A stretch of 64,000 nucleotides of DNA from Phycisphaerales bacterium (GTDB lineage: Bacteria > Planctomycetota > Phycisphaerae > WQYP01), in contig DAIDJN010000041.1 in the NCBI GenBank assembly GCA_027451365.1, positions 1 through 64,000 of the forward strand, written 5' to 3'. Below, piece by piece: positions 30,103 to 40,300 of this stretch. Below the pieces are notes generated by a model, which was given only the letters and a program-made list of their open reading frames with translations, had not been told where the DNA came from and did no database searches. Made by a program: the position numbers and the translations under genes. Positions within the stretch are counted from its first letter, which is position 1, and every line of letters begins with the position of its first letter.

Positions 30103-31128
30103 ATGGTCGCACTGGATAAACAATTTGACCACCACCACGGCACCAAGCCACAAGGCCGTGGCCGCTGGCGCGATGAGACCTGGCAGACGGGAAAATCTCT
30201 TGGTCGCCAGACCGCAGGCATCTTGTCTGCCCGTAGTCACCGCGATACCTCCAATTCCTCCAATGCCTCCTGTGCGAATGAAATAATCTACTGCGGCTAC
30301 CGCCTTGATCCGGAATCGCAGCTTTATTACGTCCGCAATCGGACATATAACCCTGTTCTCGGCCGTTGGATTCAGCGTGATCCGATTGGATATGACGGCG
30401 GGATTAATTTGTATCAGGTTGTTGGGAGCGGGCCGGTGGGCGCGGTGGATCCGAGCGGACTGGGACGACAGGGAAATTATCCAAGCCCGCCTTATCCTGC
30501 CCCCAACTGGGGGCATGGGTACGGTAATTTAATCTATAATTACGAGCTGTTAAAGGTAAAAGTGTGTCCGGCCGACCTCGCGAATGATATCAAGGCAGCC
30601 CGGGGACAACTGGGACAGTTCTCGGCGTTCAACAAAGGCAATATTGCTAACGTGCGGCTGAATCTGATAAGAGGGGGAATCTACGCCGATTTTGGCCTGG
30701 ACTATTGGTCATTGGCGATTGGCAATTACCTCAATGGAAACGATAATTTAGTAAGGCTTATCTACGGTGGCCAATATCTGGAGGCGGTTACACAGAACAA
30801 CCATTTTTTGGTCGGAATCCGACGTTGGTATGTGATGCCGTTCTCCAAGGATTCGTTTATTGTGTTTACCCAAGCGTTTGAACGGGCGAACGGCTGGTCT
30901 AACTGGGTGGGTAACAAGGTGATCGACGTTGAATCTATCACCTTCCAAATCTGGGTTCGAGAACTGATAAACGTCGCGTTATTCATTAAGGGAATGCCGG
31001 GCGGGGCTTCCTGGGGTACCCCAATCAATTATTGGCACGAAACTCCGGGAGCGACGAACGCGAGCGGAAATCCCTGGATTCAGACGTTGCCGCCGTCGCA
31101 AAGAATTGGGTTGCCATCGACGCGATAA
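30103..31128 (+). CDS. Orphan Rhs core fragment plus C-terminal toxin-like domain
   Basis: NEIIYCGYRLDPESQLYYVRNRTYNPVLGRWIQRDPIG...NLY...PVGAVDPSGL begins at ~30277 and is followed by a ~220-aa variable tail. No YD-repeat body is present. Confidence 0.85.
   Translation: MVALDKQFDHHHGTKPQGRGRWRDETWQTGKSLGRQTAGILSARSHRDTSNSSNASCANEIIYCGYRLDPESQLYYVRNRTYNPVLGRWIQRDPIGYDGGINLYQVVGSGPVGAVDPSGLGRQGNYPSPPYPAPNWGHGYGNLIYNYELLKVKVCPADLANDIKAARGQLGQFSAFNKGNIANVRLNLIRGGIYADFGLDYWSLAIGNYLNGNDNLVRLIYGGQYLEAVTQNNHFLVGIRRWYVMPFSKDSFIVFTQAFERANGWSNWVGNKVIDVESITFQIWVRELINVALFIKGMPGGASWGTPINYWHETPGATNASGNPWIQTLPPSQRIGLPSTR
30214..30279 (+). repeat. Direct repeat copy 1 (REP-like hairpin plus Rhs-core entry)
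   Basis: GCAGGCATCTTGTCTGCCCGTAGTCACCGCGATACCTCCAATTCCTC(CAATGCCTC)CTGTGCGAAT matches 32620-32676. Confidence 0.85.
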
Positions 31129-31212
31129 GCGTCGGTCAAAATGGGACTGCGCGACGGCGATGTGCTGCACGACGCGCTTGCTTTTGTCGCCCTGTGACCT
31201 CGGAGTGTTTTG

Positions 31213-32169
31213 ATGCGGTTTGCCAGTCTTAGGTCGTGGTTTTTAATTTCCGTGATACTGTGCGGGCTGATCGCTGTGGAGGTAACGGCAGTGGTCTCAT
31301 CGCTTCACCAGATTAAGCACGCATCGCATTCGCCTGACGCGACTCCGGTGTGGATATATGTGCTGCTCCTGGCGGCCATGCCATCAGGTACGTTGCCCAC
31401 GCTGGCCTGTCTGGCGGTCGCATGCTGGGCATTGCTTCGTAGGTCAAACCGTGTCCCTTTCTTAATCGCCGGATTGGCCGTGTTAGATTACCTGTCGACA
31501 GCCGTGAGCCTTTGCGGGAGGGCCCTTTCTGGTTTTATGACCTACGGCGGATTATTCGGGCTCGGTGCCGCGTATTCCTACGGCGCGATCGCGACGTTAG
31601 CGCTCCTGATCTCCATATGCCTCACCGTTATTCTGATTTTGTGCTGCGCAATCCGGGCCAAGCGGGTTGCTCCGGCCGTTGCGGAAGTGCCGATCACCGG
31701 GAGAAAATCCGGGTTGCCCGAGCGGCTTTTGCGATATGCAGCAATGGCGTTTTTTCTTTATGTTATTATTAACTCTCTTTTTTCGACGTACAGCAACCTG
31801 GCAGGGCATCGCGCGCATGCCGAAATTCAAGCGGCTCCGCCCTGTCCCGGTTTCGCGGCGGCGATTGGCTTGGCGAGCGGTTTACTGCTTATTGTGGAGG
31901 GAATCTGGCCTTCGCCCGTTGTCATTGCTACATCAGGCGCATCGGCCGAAAAATGGAGACTGGCTCTGATCGTTTGCGGCAGCGGGGCATTTGCCGCGTT
32001 CGGGGATTCTTGCTTGGTCTTCAGCGGCGCGATGCGCGACTGGTATTTCACGCGCTGGGTGTGGTGCGAGGCGGCAGTATATTTTGCGGCCGCTTATACA
32101 GCAGTTGCCGTAATTCTTGCCATGAAAGCAAATTCGGTGGTCAATCGCTGGGGTGCCCGCCAGTTGTGA
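31213..32169 (+). CDS. Multi-pass membrane protein, candidate immunity protein
   Basis: About 8 hydrophobic segments; lies directly downstream of the Rhs-CT on the same strand. Confidence 0.6.
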   Translation: MRFASLRSWFLISVILCGLIAVEVTAVVSSLHQIKHASHSPDATPVWIYVLLLAAMPSGTLPTLACLAVACWALLRRSNRVPFLIAGLAVLDYLSTAVSLCGRALSGFMTYGGLFGLGAAYSYGAIATLALLISICLTVILILCCAIRAKRVAPAVAEVPITGRKSGLPERLLRYAAMAFFLYVIINSLFSTYSNLAGHRAHAEIQAAPPCPGFAAAIGLASGLLLIVEGIWPSPVVIATSGASAEKWRLALIVCGSGAFAAFGDSCLVFSGAMRDWYFTRWVWCEAAVYFAAAYTAVAVILAMKANSVVNRWGARQL

Positions 32170-32612
32170 TTGAATTTATTCTTCCGCGGCCGGTACGCCG
32201 GCGCGGGCGGCGGATTTTGGGTCACAGCGGATTGTGATTCAGCTAATATTCATGATAATTCAGAATTGAGAGGCTGGTGTAGCGGCCGAGGTGTGCCGGC
32301 GAAGTGTTCCAGCGAGTGCAAGTCTCGCTCCGGTAAAGGCCGTTGCGACCGGGAAGCTATCCCAGTGGCGGCGAAAGGAAAATCCATCTTCCGCAGTCGG
32401 CTGATTTCCCCAGTTTGCCGACTGTTGCGTAATTTGGATTTGGGCAATAGGCGACACGTTTTTGGTATCCGGTCCGAGAAAATATTTACCGTGAATTTGA
32501 ACAAGGGTGTAATCCAAGTCAACACAGCTTGAAAAGGGATCGCGCGTTTGGTTGCAACTGACGAAATGTTTTCGGAATGCCTGCTTGCCAGCCAAAGCCC
32601 CCGGCGGCAGAA

Positions 32613-32676
32613 TTGTGGTGCAGACATCTTGTCTGCCCGTAGTCCTCGCGATACCTCCAATTCCTCCTGTGAGAAT
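32613..32676 (+). repeat. Direct repeat copy 2, starting with a complete GTGG-footed REP-like hairpin
   Basis: TTGTGGT-GCAGACA-TCT-TGTCTGC-CCGTAGTCCTCGCGATACCTCCAATTCCTCCTGTGAGAAT. Confidence 0.85.
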
Positions 32677-33237
32677 TTAAATCATCGAAAAGCCTCCTTC
32701 ACTGGCGTCGTGTGTTTGTGCGGTCGTGGTGAAGATCAGTTGTTGTTTAATGCGCATTGTTCATTGCCATGTGAGCAAATCGCCAAAGTGTATAGAAATA
32801 TGAGGATATGTCAAAATACTACTTTTACGCGTGGAATATCCACACCATGAAATGGGCTTGCTGGAGTTGGCGACCAAGACCCGCGGCTCACCATGGACGA
32901 AAGCGTGATTCACCTTTTCCGATCATCCGATGCGGCGAATCCGCCTGCTCTGTTTGATTCGCGGGCTGTGGAAACGGAGCCTGGCTAAGATTTTAAGACG
33001 CCGGCAACCGAACAGGACGGCATACCGTTATGCCTGGCCTGAGCCACCCCGCCACAGTTCGACTCTACACGTGGATCGGCCAATTTCCCAGACGGATCGG
33101 ACAATGCCCGGTCAGCGTTCCGAATCCGGATTTACCGAAATGGCCGAATCGCGGACGCGTTTCGCCGCAGCATTCTATTGCGGCGGACTGGGAACGGGGC
33201 CGTGATTCAATTTTTTGGGTCAGGCGGCGGACTGTTT

Positions 33238-35796
33238 TCAGGCGCGCATCGCCGGCGCAATATCGTAGATGCTGCGCAATACCAACTGCCGGTTCAGTTC
33301 TTCCGGCGGCAGCGGCTTTTCCAGTGTGATATGAATCGTGCTGGTGCGGCCCGGATACAAATGAATATAATTATCCGAATACATCGCACCGGCGTTGCGC
33401 AATTCCGCCCAGAACCAGAGGGCCGGGACGTCGGTGGCAACTCGCAAATGGTAATGCCGGCCACTTCCGCGAATGGTGGATACAAGCGATGGTTTGTTCA
33501 GCTTAAGTTCCACGGGGCGCGTAAAGAAAAGTGTATTTTCCGCCACCCTGTGGCCCTGCACCAGAACCGTCGGCCAGATCAGCAGATTGGCCGCTCCATG
33601 AGTCTTGACCAGGTCGGAAAGGTCCAATGCGTGGGCCATGCGGCTGGTGCGGGCCGGAATCGTGATCATTCGGGAGCCATTTAAAAGCTCCTTGCCGGCC
33701 AAATCGGTGACTCGCCAGTACAGTTCACCGGACGCGTCCGTCTGGCGATCACTGGTAACAAACAATTCAGCCTTTCCCGTGGCAGGATCTGGAATGCCGC
33801 TGACCAGCACAGGCGCAAAGAAATGCCGCGACTGGTACTGAATCGTCTTCCAGCGGCGGTCGTAGTCGATCATCGACCAGGTGGGGCCGGGCCAGCAATC
33901 GTTATATTGCCAGATGGTGGCCGCCATCGACCGCGGCATGTCACGTCGCCAGTGTTCCACGCCGTAACGGATGCCGTAGGCCTGGTTGATCTGGGTCAGT
34001 CGAAGCGCACTTTCAAAATCGTCAGGCGTTTTTCCAAAATACAGATTGGTATAGTGCATGATGATGCCAATGCCGTGACCGGTGCCATCCATTTCGTGGT
34101 AGCGCATGACCGGCGAATGGATTGAATCACGATCCGCGGCATCCGTGTAGGTGTCCACGGTTTTGGGCGCGGGAAATGACTGCATGCCGAATTCGGTCAC
34201 AAATCCCTGAACGGTCCGGTATTGTTCAAACGGGGCGTTGCCATGCCAAACATTCCACGTGTGAATGTCTCCACTGCCGGTGGCTCCGCTGCCGACTTCA
34301 TAAAACGCGCCGGGCAGCAGACGTCGGACCGTTCCGCCGATGACTTCGCCAAAAAGATGGTAATATCCTTTGAAATCCTGAATTTCGTTGTTGCCGCTCC
34401 AGATGACAATGGAGGGATGGTTGCGGCAGCGGCGAACCTGCTGGTCAAGCTCGGTCTGAAGATTGTTCATCCATTGGTCGTCATGAACGGGATATACATT
34501 GTTGGCAAATTTGAATTCAAATTGCAGCATCAGGCCAAGTTCGTCGCATAAATCGAACAGTTCATCCTCTTCATAATAACCGCCGCCCCAGAGCCGGATA
34601 AAATTGAAATGGCAGTCTGCGGCGGTGCGCATATACCATCGCAGAAGATCCGGTGTGACGCGCGTGGGCAGATTGTCGGCGGGAATCCAGTCGGCGCCTT
34701 TTACGAATACCGGAACGCCGTTGACTTTCACGTGCATGGCGGTGCCATCTTTCGGCGGCAGAACTTCCACTTTTCGCAGGCCAATGCGGCGGCTGCGCGA
34801 GTCTAGAATGCCGTTGGGGCCGATCAATTCCACCTTTACTGAATAAAGTGGGTGGGCGCCCATGCCGTTGGGCCACCAGAGTTGCGGCTGACTCACCGTC
34901 AGGTCAATTCGAGATTCGCCCGCTGCCAGTGTTCCCGCACTTTCGGTTACCGGCACGCCCGCCATGGAAACAACGGCGCGCACACGGGTGCCGTCTGGTG
35001 CCCCCTCAGCCAGAGTATGTACAGCCAGGGCCACTGTGCCATCGGTATTGTGGGACTGCAGGATACCAACGTCCGTTATGCGGGAATCAAAGGCTTGAAT
35101 CTCTATATTTTTCCAGATGCCCTGCGTTAAAAGGCCGCGGCACCAGTCCCAGCCCCACATATAGGGACCCTTGCGAATCCAGCATCGGGCATCGCTTAAG
35201 TCAATATTGTATTTTGCCTTATACGCAGCTGATAATGTTTTGACAGTGGGTGTTAAGCTGGCAAAACGAATATGCAGAGTATTGGCGCCGGGGCGCAGGT
35301 GACGCTTGACGTCGAATGTCCAGGTGCGGAACATATTATCCGTGGTGCCCAACTGATGGCCGTTGACCCAGATCGTCGCCAGTGTGTCAAGTCCATCGCA
35401 CTGGAGATGCACATGAGCGCGATCGAGCATGGCAGCTGAAACTTTAAACGTCCGGGCATAAATCCAGTTTTTGTCGGCAACCCATTGAACGCGGTCATTG
35501 TTCTGGCGGTAAAACGGATCCGGGATTTTTCCGGCGCGCAAAAGGTCTGTATAGGTGCTTCCCGGTACCTCGGCCGGTATAGTTTGGGTTTCGCCTTCCT
35601 GCTGGAGTGTCCACCCGGCACCCGCCAGCGACAGGCATTCCGGCGTTTGGCTGAAAGCAACAGCCGGGGCGTCGTGGGTGGTAGTTGATTGACAACCTGT
35701 GATTGCCACACAGGTACTGGCCGCGGCGGCAACCTGTAAAATCTGGCGACGGCTGAGAACAGGTCCAGCGGTGGGGGTGGTTTTGTTGAATTCCAT
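33238..35796 (-). CDS. Tat lipoprotein GH2 beta-mannosidase
   Basis: SRRQIL...ITGC signal; WGWDW, KGADWIPAD, RLWGGGYYE, WSGNNE, FVTEFGMQS, WQYNDCWP. Confidence 0.92.
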   Translation of the reverse strand: MEFNKTTPTAGPVLSRRQILQVAAAASTCVAITGCQSTTTHDAPAVAFSQTPECLSLAGAGWTLQQEGETQTIPAEVPGSTYTDLLRAGKIPDPFYRQNNDRVQWVADKNWIYARTFKVSAAMLDRAHVHLQCDGLDTLATIWVNGHQLGTTDNMFRTWTFDVKRHLRPGANTLHIRFASLTPTVKTLSAAYKAKYNIDLSDARCWIRKGPYMWGWDWCRGLLTQGIWKNIEIQAFDSRITDVGILQSHNTDGTVALAVHTLAEGAPDGTRVRAVVSMAGVPVTESAGTLAAGESRIDLTVSQPQLWWPNGMGAHPLYSVKVELIGPNGILDSRSRRIGLRKVEVLPPKDGTAMHVKVNGVPVFVKGADWIPADNLPTRVTPDLLRWYMRTAADCHFNFIRLWGGGYYEEDELFDLCDELGLMLQFEFKFANNVYPVHDDQWMNNLQTELDQQVRRCRNHPSIVIWSGNNEIQDFKGYYHLFGEVIGGTVRRLLPGAFYEVGSGATGSGDIHTWNVWHGNAPFEQYRTVQGFVTEFGMQSFPAPKTVDTYTDAADRDSIHSPVMRYHEMDGTGHGIGIIMHYTNLYFGKTPDDFESALRLTQINQAYGIRYGVEHWRRDMPRSMAATIWQYNDCWPGPTWSMIDYDRRWKTIQYQSRHFFAPVLVSGIPDPATGKAELFVTSDRQTDASGELYWRVTDLAGKELLNGSRMITIPARTSRMAHALDLSDLVKTHGAANLLIWPTVLVQGHRVAENTLFFTRPVELKLNKPSLVSTIRGSGRHYHLRVATDVPALWFWAELRNAGAMYSDNYIHLYPGRTSTIHITLEKPLPPEELNRQLVLRSIYDIAPAMRA

Positions 35797-35867
35797 TAAG
35801 ACATCCTTTGCATGAAAGCGGGTATAAACTGCGGATTTGACGGATGCCGCAGATACCCGCGACAAAA

Positions 35868-36929
35868 TTATTTTTCAGTACCAATAGCCGCCTTGATCAT
35901 TCGTCCGAATGCGGTGGGCTGATAATTCCAATTTTTGATCAACATCGGGCTTGCCTTTGGATGGAAACACCAGGCGCACCAACTGATGTCATGACGTGCC
36001 GCGAAAGCCACAAGGCGCTCTCCAAACCGCACATTGGACGCATTGCCGCCGAATTCGTCGATAATCATGGGAACGGACTTGGCGGCCTGTTCAAAGTTGT
36101 GTCGCCATTTATGTTTCCACGGATACACATGGCAATCATAGACAATATTAAATCCTTTCACGGCGAAACCATGGGGAATGCCGAAGTCGTCATAAGCCCA
36201 GCCCAGCCCTCCGATGATGACAATGTTCTTTGCGCCGGCGCGACGAATGGTGTCGTATAACAACTGCATGCCCGCAGCACGATAAGTGATCACACTTGTT
36301 TTGGTTTCCCCGGCGCAGGGGCCGCCGTCAAGCCAAAGCGGCCATGGAACGCCATGCGGCTCATTGTAGACGTCATACAGCACGTTGGGAAAATGGCTGT
36401 ATCGCCTGGCGACCGATCGCCAGAATCGCACCGCGCCAGGACCCGGCATGCGGTGCTGCCCCAGCCGCGACGGATGGCCCCCCATGTCCGTCCAGTGCAG
36501 ATCAAACACCACATAAACGTGGTTTCTCGCGGCCGTGGCAATCAATTCATCAAGTATTTTCCGATAGTCCCGGCCGCCATGCTTCTGGCCCGGCATTTGG
36601 CCGAACCATCTTGCGTCGGCGGTCGGTATGCGCACGATCTGGATGTGCCATTGTTTAATCGCCACCAGTAACGACCGGCGAATGTGGTCGCCGCCATTGC
36701 TCCATTCCATGCTCGGCAGGTCAACACCATGAAGTACAACGGTGTGGTTGGCGGCATTCAGCAGGCGATGCCCGGCCGTATGCAGCCGCATGAAGCCGAT
36801 CGGATAGGGGCACGCCAGGGCGTGTGTGGGTGCCGCAATTCCAGAGGCTCCCTGCGCCCTATGCCCAACCCCAAAAAATGTCAGACATGCAACCGCCTTA
36901 AGGCCTGCAATACCGATGTGGATTCGCAT
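35868..36929 (-). CDS. Secreted GH5 endoglycanase
   Basis: Signal peptide; VRIP, DLHW, YNEP (acid/base), HVY, DEFG (nucleophile), WCAW. Confidence 0.9.
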   Translation of the reverse strand: MRIHIGIAGLKAVACLTFFGVGHRAQGASGIAAPTHALACPYPIGFMRLHTAGHRLLNAANHTVVLHGVDLPSMEWSNGGDHIRRSLLVAIKQWHIQIVRIPTADARWFGQMPGQKHGGRDYRKILDELIATAARNHVYVVFDLHWTDMGGHPSRLGQHRMPGPGAVRFWRSVARRYSHFPNVLYDVYNEPHGVPWPLWLDGGPCAGETKTSVITYRAAGMQLLYDTIRRAGAKNIVIIGGLGWAYDDFGIPHGFAVKGFNIVYDCHVYPWKHKWRHNFEQAAKSVPMIIDEFGGNASNVRFGERLVAFAARHDISWCAWCFHPKASPMLIKNWNYQPTAFGRMIKAAIGTEK

Positions 36930-37378
36930 GATTTTCCTTCGTCTTTTCTGGCCGAATGGACCGGAGTCCGCAGATTACCATCGCACCGTTTGAGTTGCGT
37001 ATGCCCTTTGGATCGACACGAATATACCCGTCAGCAGGCAAACCGCAAGAATAATGGGCGCAAAAACCAGTAGCCTAAGCGCAATTTTACCCATTTGGCG
37101 GATTCGATATACGGGTGGCCTTTCAACGCCGAATCATACCTCACGGACGCCGTATCCTTTACATCTGCTTCCAAAGTTATCATCATGCTCCAGATGCTGG
37201 TGACGACAATAGATTCTCAATTTTGCAGGCCAGGCCTAAGTCGCAGTTCGTAAGACGGACACGATCAGCTTTGGTTAACGGTAATAATCAGGCAGGCTAC
37301 GCCAGCCACGGCAAGGTTGAGTTTGCAACCCAGCGACTTGGCGTGCACGGCGAGCCGCACCTTCGGCACTTATCGCGA

Positions 37379-40300
37379 TCAATGACCGGCGAGTTCGGGC
37401 CTGCCGCCAAACTGCTGTATCCTGGGCTGTGGCGCTCCAACTTTTACGCCGCTGATGGCAAAAATCGCGGTGTTGCCCGTTTTATTTGCCGATCCGTTAA
37501 ACGTCAGTGATTCGAGCGTATCACCCGTCAGGTTAAGTCCACGGGTCACCGCAGGTGCCCCATTCACGTGGCCGGCAAGGTTTGCCATATTCAGGTAGGT
37601 TACATACCAGGCTGGGGTGCCGCTGGTGGGGGCGTTGATAGAGAAGTGGCTGTTGCTCACGATGAGCTTACCGATGCCGCGAATCGCCGCGCCATAACCA
37701 TTGCCATCCGGCGTGGTGCCGCGGGATTGAATGTTGTACCAATCCGGTGCGGCGTAATCTGTGGTCACGGTCAACGATTTTCCATCCTGATTGCGGAATC
37801 GCAGGGTTACGTTGCCAATGCCGTTGCCATAGGCGGAGGACGCCAAAATCGCCATGGAAGTGAACCGGGCGGCTGGCGTTAACACAAGATGCCCATTCTT
37901 TGGCCCTCCCCCCTTAAGAAACACTGAATTATTGGTGCCAAATGGCTGAAGCTGAAACACCGTGCCAAAGCTGGCGATGCGACCATTCACCGGTAGCCCG
38001 CTGCCGACTGGTGCTCCCGCCAAACCCGCTTGATAAAAGACCGATCCGCCATCAAAGGTATGGCCGAAATACTTGCGATCCAATGCGGTGCCAGCCACCG
38101 TCGGGATAGTATTTTTCACCACCAGATCCGCGTCATACCCACGGGCGCTAATCGGCTCCAGACGCTGTGCATAGAACCGTATATCGCCAACCTGCTGCAC
38201 TCCGGTGCTGTTGCCGTTGGATGCCGTAAAGCCGATGTAGCCATCCATGCTTGAAAGAATATGCGAAAGCTGATGGGGAAGCGTATAGCTGCCATGAAAC
38301 CGACTGGCTCCACGCTTAGCCTCAAATCGGATCGTTTTGGCGCCATCATAACGCACCACGACATCAATGGGGCCGCCCACAGCGGAAAAGTCCACCGCGC
38401 CGGTTGAGCCAATATTCTTGCGTCTTAGCCCGTAGGTTTTGCCCCGCGAATAGGCTATCTGCAGCACCGACTTGCCGTTATTGTCTATGCCCAGTCCAAA
38501 GCTATTCTGCGGCGCTCGGCCATTGTCATCGGTGAATCCTTTGGCGGCGGCCGACTGGCCCCGGAACGGCATATGCTGTGTAAAACGGTTGTTCTGTACC
38601 GCGACGTAAAATCCGCCCTTGTCAGCCTTAAGCAGGTGATACTTGAACTTGAGCGTCCAGGGGCCGCCCACCGTCACGCGCTGTTGAAACCAGGCACGCG
38701 TCTGTTCGTCGGAGTTGGCGCCCGTGAGGACTAAACGGTTGTGAATACACCCGCAGCTTTTAAGTTTGACCATGCTTATGTTCGGAACCCCCACGTTAAA
38801 CGCCGCAGGGTTGCTGTTAAGAAGCAGGTTCTTCTGCGGCCATGCCGCACCACCATGGTTGATGGCCAAAAGATTCGCCGGCGTGTCCGTGGACATTGAC
38901 GGCGGCACATCCTCCGGCGCAGACGCCCACTGCTTATTTGGGCTTTTACCCAGCGTTTCATGCAGAATTCCCCCCGCCACCACGGCAGAGGAAGCAATCC
39001 ATGGCTTATTAAGCTGGTGACCATCAAGCTCGGCGCTATGAATATACACGTTGCTGCCACCTGCGGGGGTTGCAGTAATCGTGAAGGTACCCTTCGCGTA
39101 AGGCGCACCAAGTTTAATAACCGCCTTGCGGAATCGGGGGGTGCAAAGTTCCCACGTCGTATTGGGCCGGCCCGGGTCCACCATGTACAACCCCAATTGC
39201 GTGAGGACGTACCACGCGGACATTTCGCCACAGTCGTCGTTGCCGCCGCCAGCCAAACCGCCCGGCGTATTGGTGAAGCATCGGTCCGCCTCGGCGGACG
39301 CAACCTCTTGCGTGCGCCAGGGTTCAGTGGCATAGTCGAATAGAAATGGGGCTTGCAAGTCCGGTTCATTGCCGGCGTCGTAATGGTTGTCCTTAAAAAA
39401 CTCGTCCAGTCTTTGGCAGAACGGGCGGTCGCCCCCGAGCAGATTGATCAGCCCCGCAACATCCTGGGGTACCAGCCAAATGTATTCCCATGCGGTACCT
39501 TCCACATAATGCGGCCCCCAAGTTGTCTTTTCAAAAAGGGGAACCCAGGCACCATTGGCCAAACGGGGTTGCATAAACCGTGTGACCGGGTTGTACATTT
39601 CGCGGTACTGCTGGGCCCACTCACTTAGTATCGCCGCCTCGCGAAAGTGATGCCGTTCCCGCGCGATACCCGCCAACGCCGCATACGAAAGATCGTACTC
39701 CTCCGCCGATGCCACATTGCAACTGGCGGCAAAATGTTTTTTATGATGCAACTTGGCCATATGAAGCATGGCGGCATAGGCCCGCTTCATATCAAAATTA
39801 TGAATGCCTGCATTCCACGTCGTGGCCATCACCACAGATAATGGATCCCCCACCATCACCGCACCGGGGCGGTTGGCCGCCGGCCATCGGCCAATAATGC
39901 CCGACTGCTTGGCCATTTCCACAATGGACTGCGCCATATCGCCCAGTTTCTTCGGCTCAATCATCGTCAGCAACGGCACTTCGCTGCGGTATATGTCCCA
40001 TCCCGAAAAATTGGCGTACATGTACTTGTGGCCCGCCGCGACATGATGAATTTTATTATCGTAGCCAATGTAACGGCCATCAATATCATCAAACACCGTT
40101 GGATTAAGCAGGCAGTGATACAGCGCTGTGTAGAAATTGACGCGATGATTCCGCGACCCGCCAGAAACCTTAATTACTGAGAGCGCTTTGTTCCAGATGG
40201 CTTCGGCCGTGTTGCGATACCGGTCAAAATTCCAGCTTTGCATCTCCCCTTTGAGATTCCGCATCGCTCCCTTCACGCTGACAAACGAAATGCCCACACG

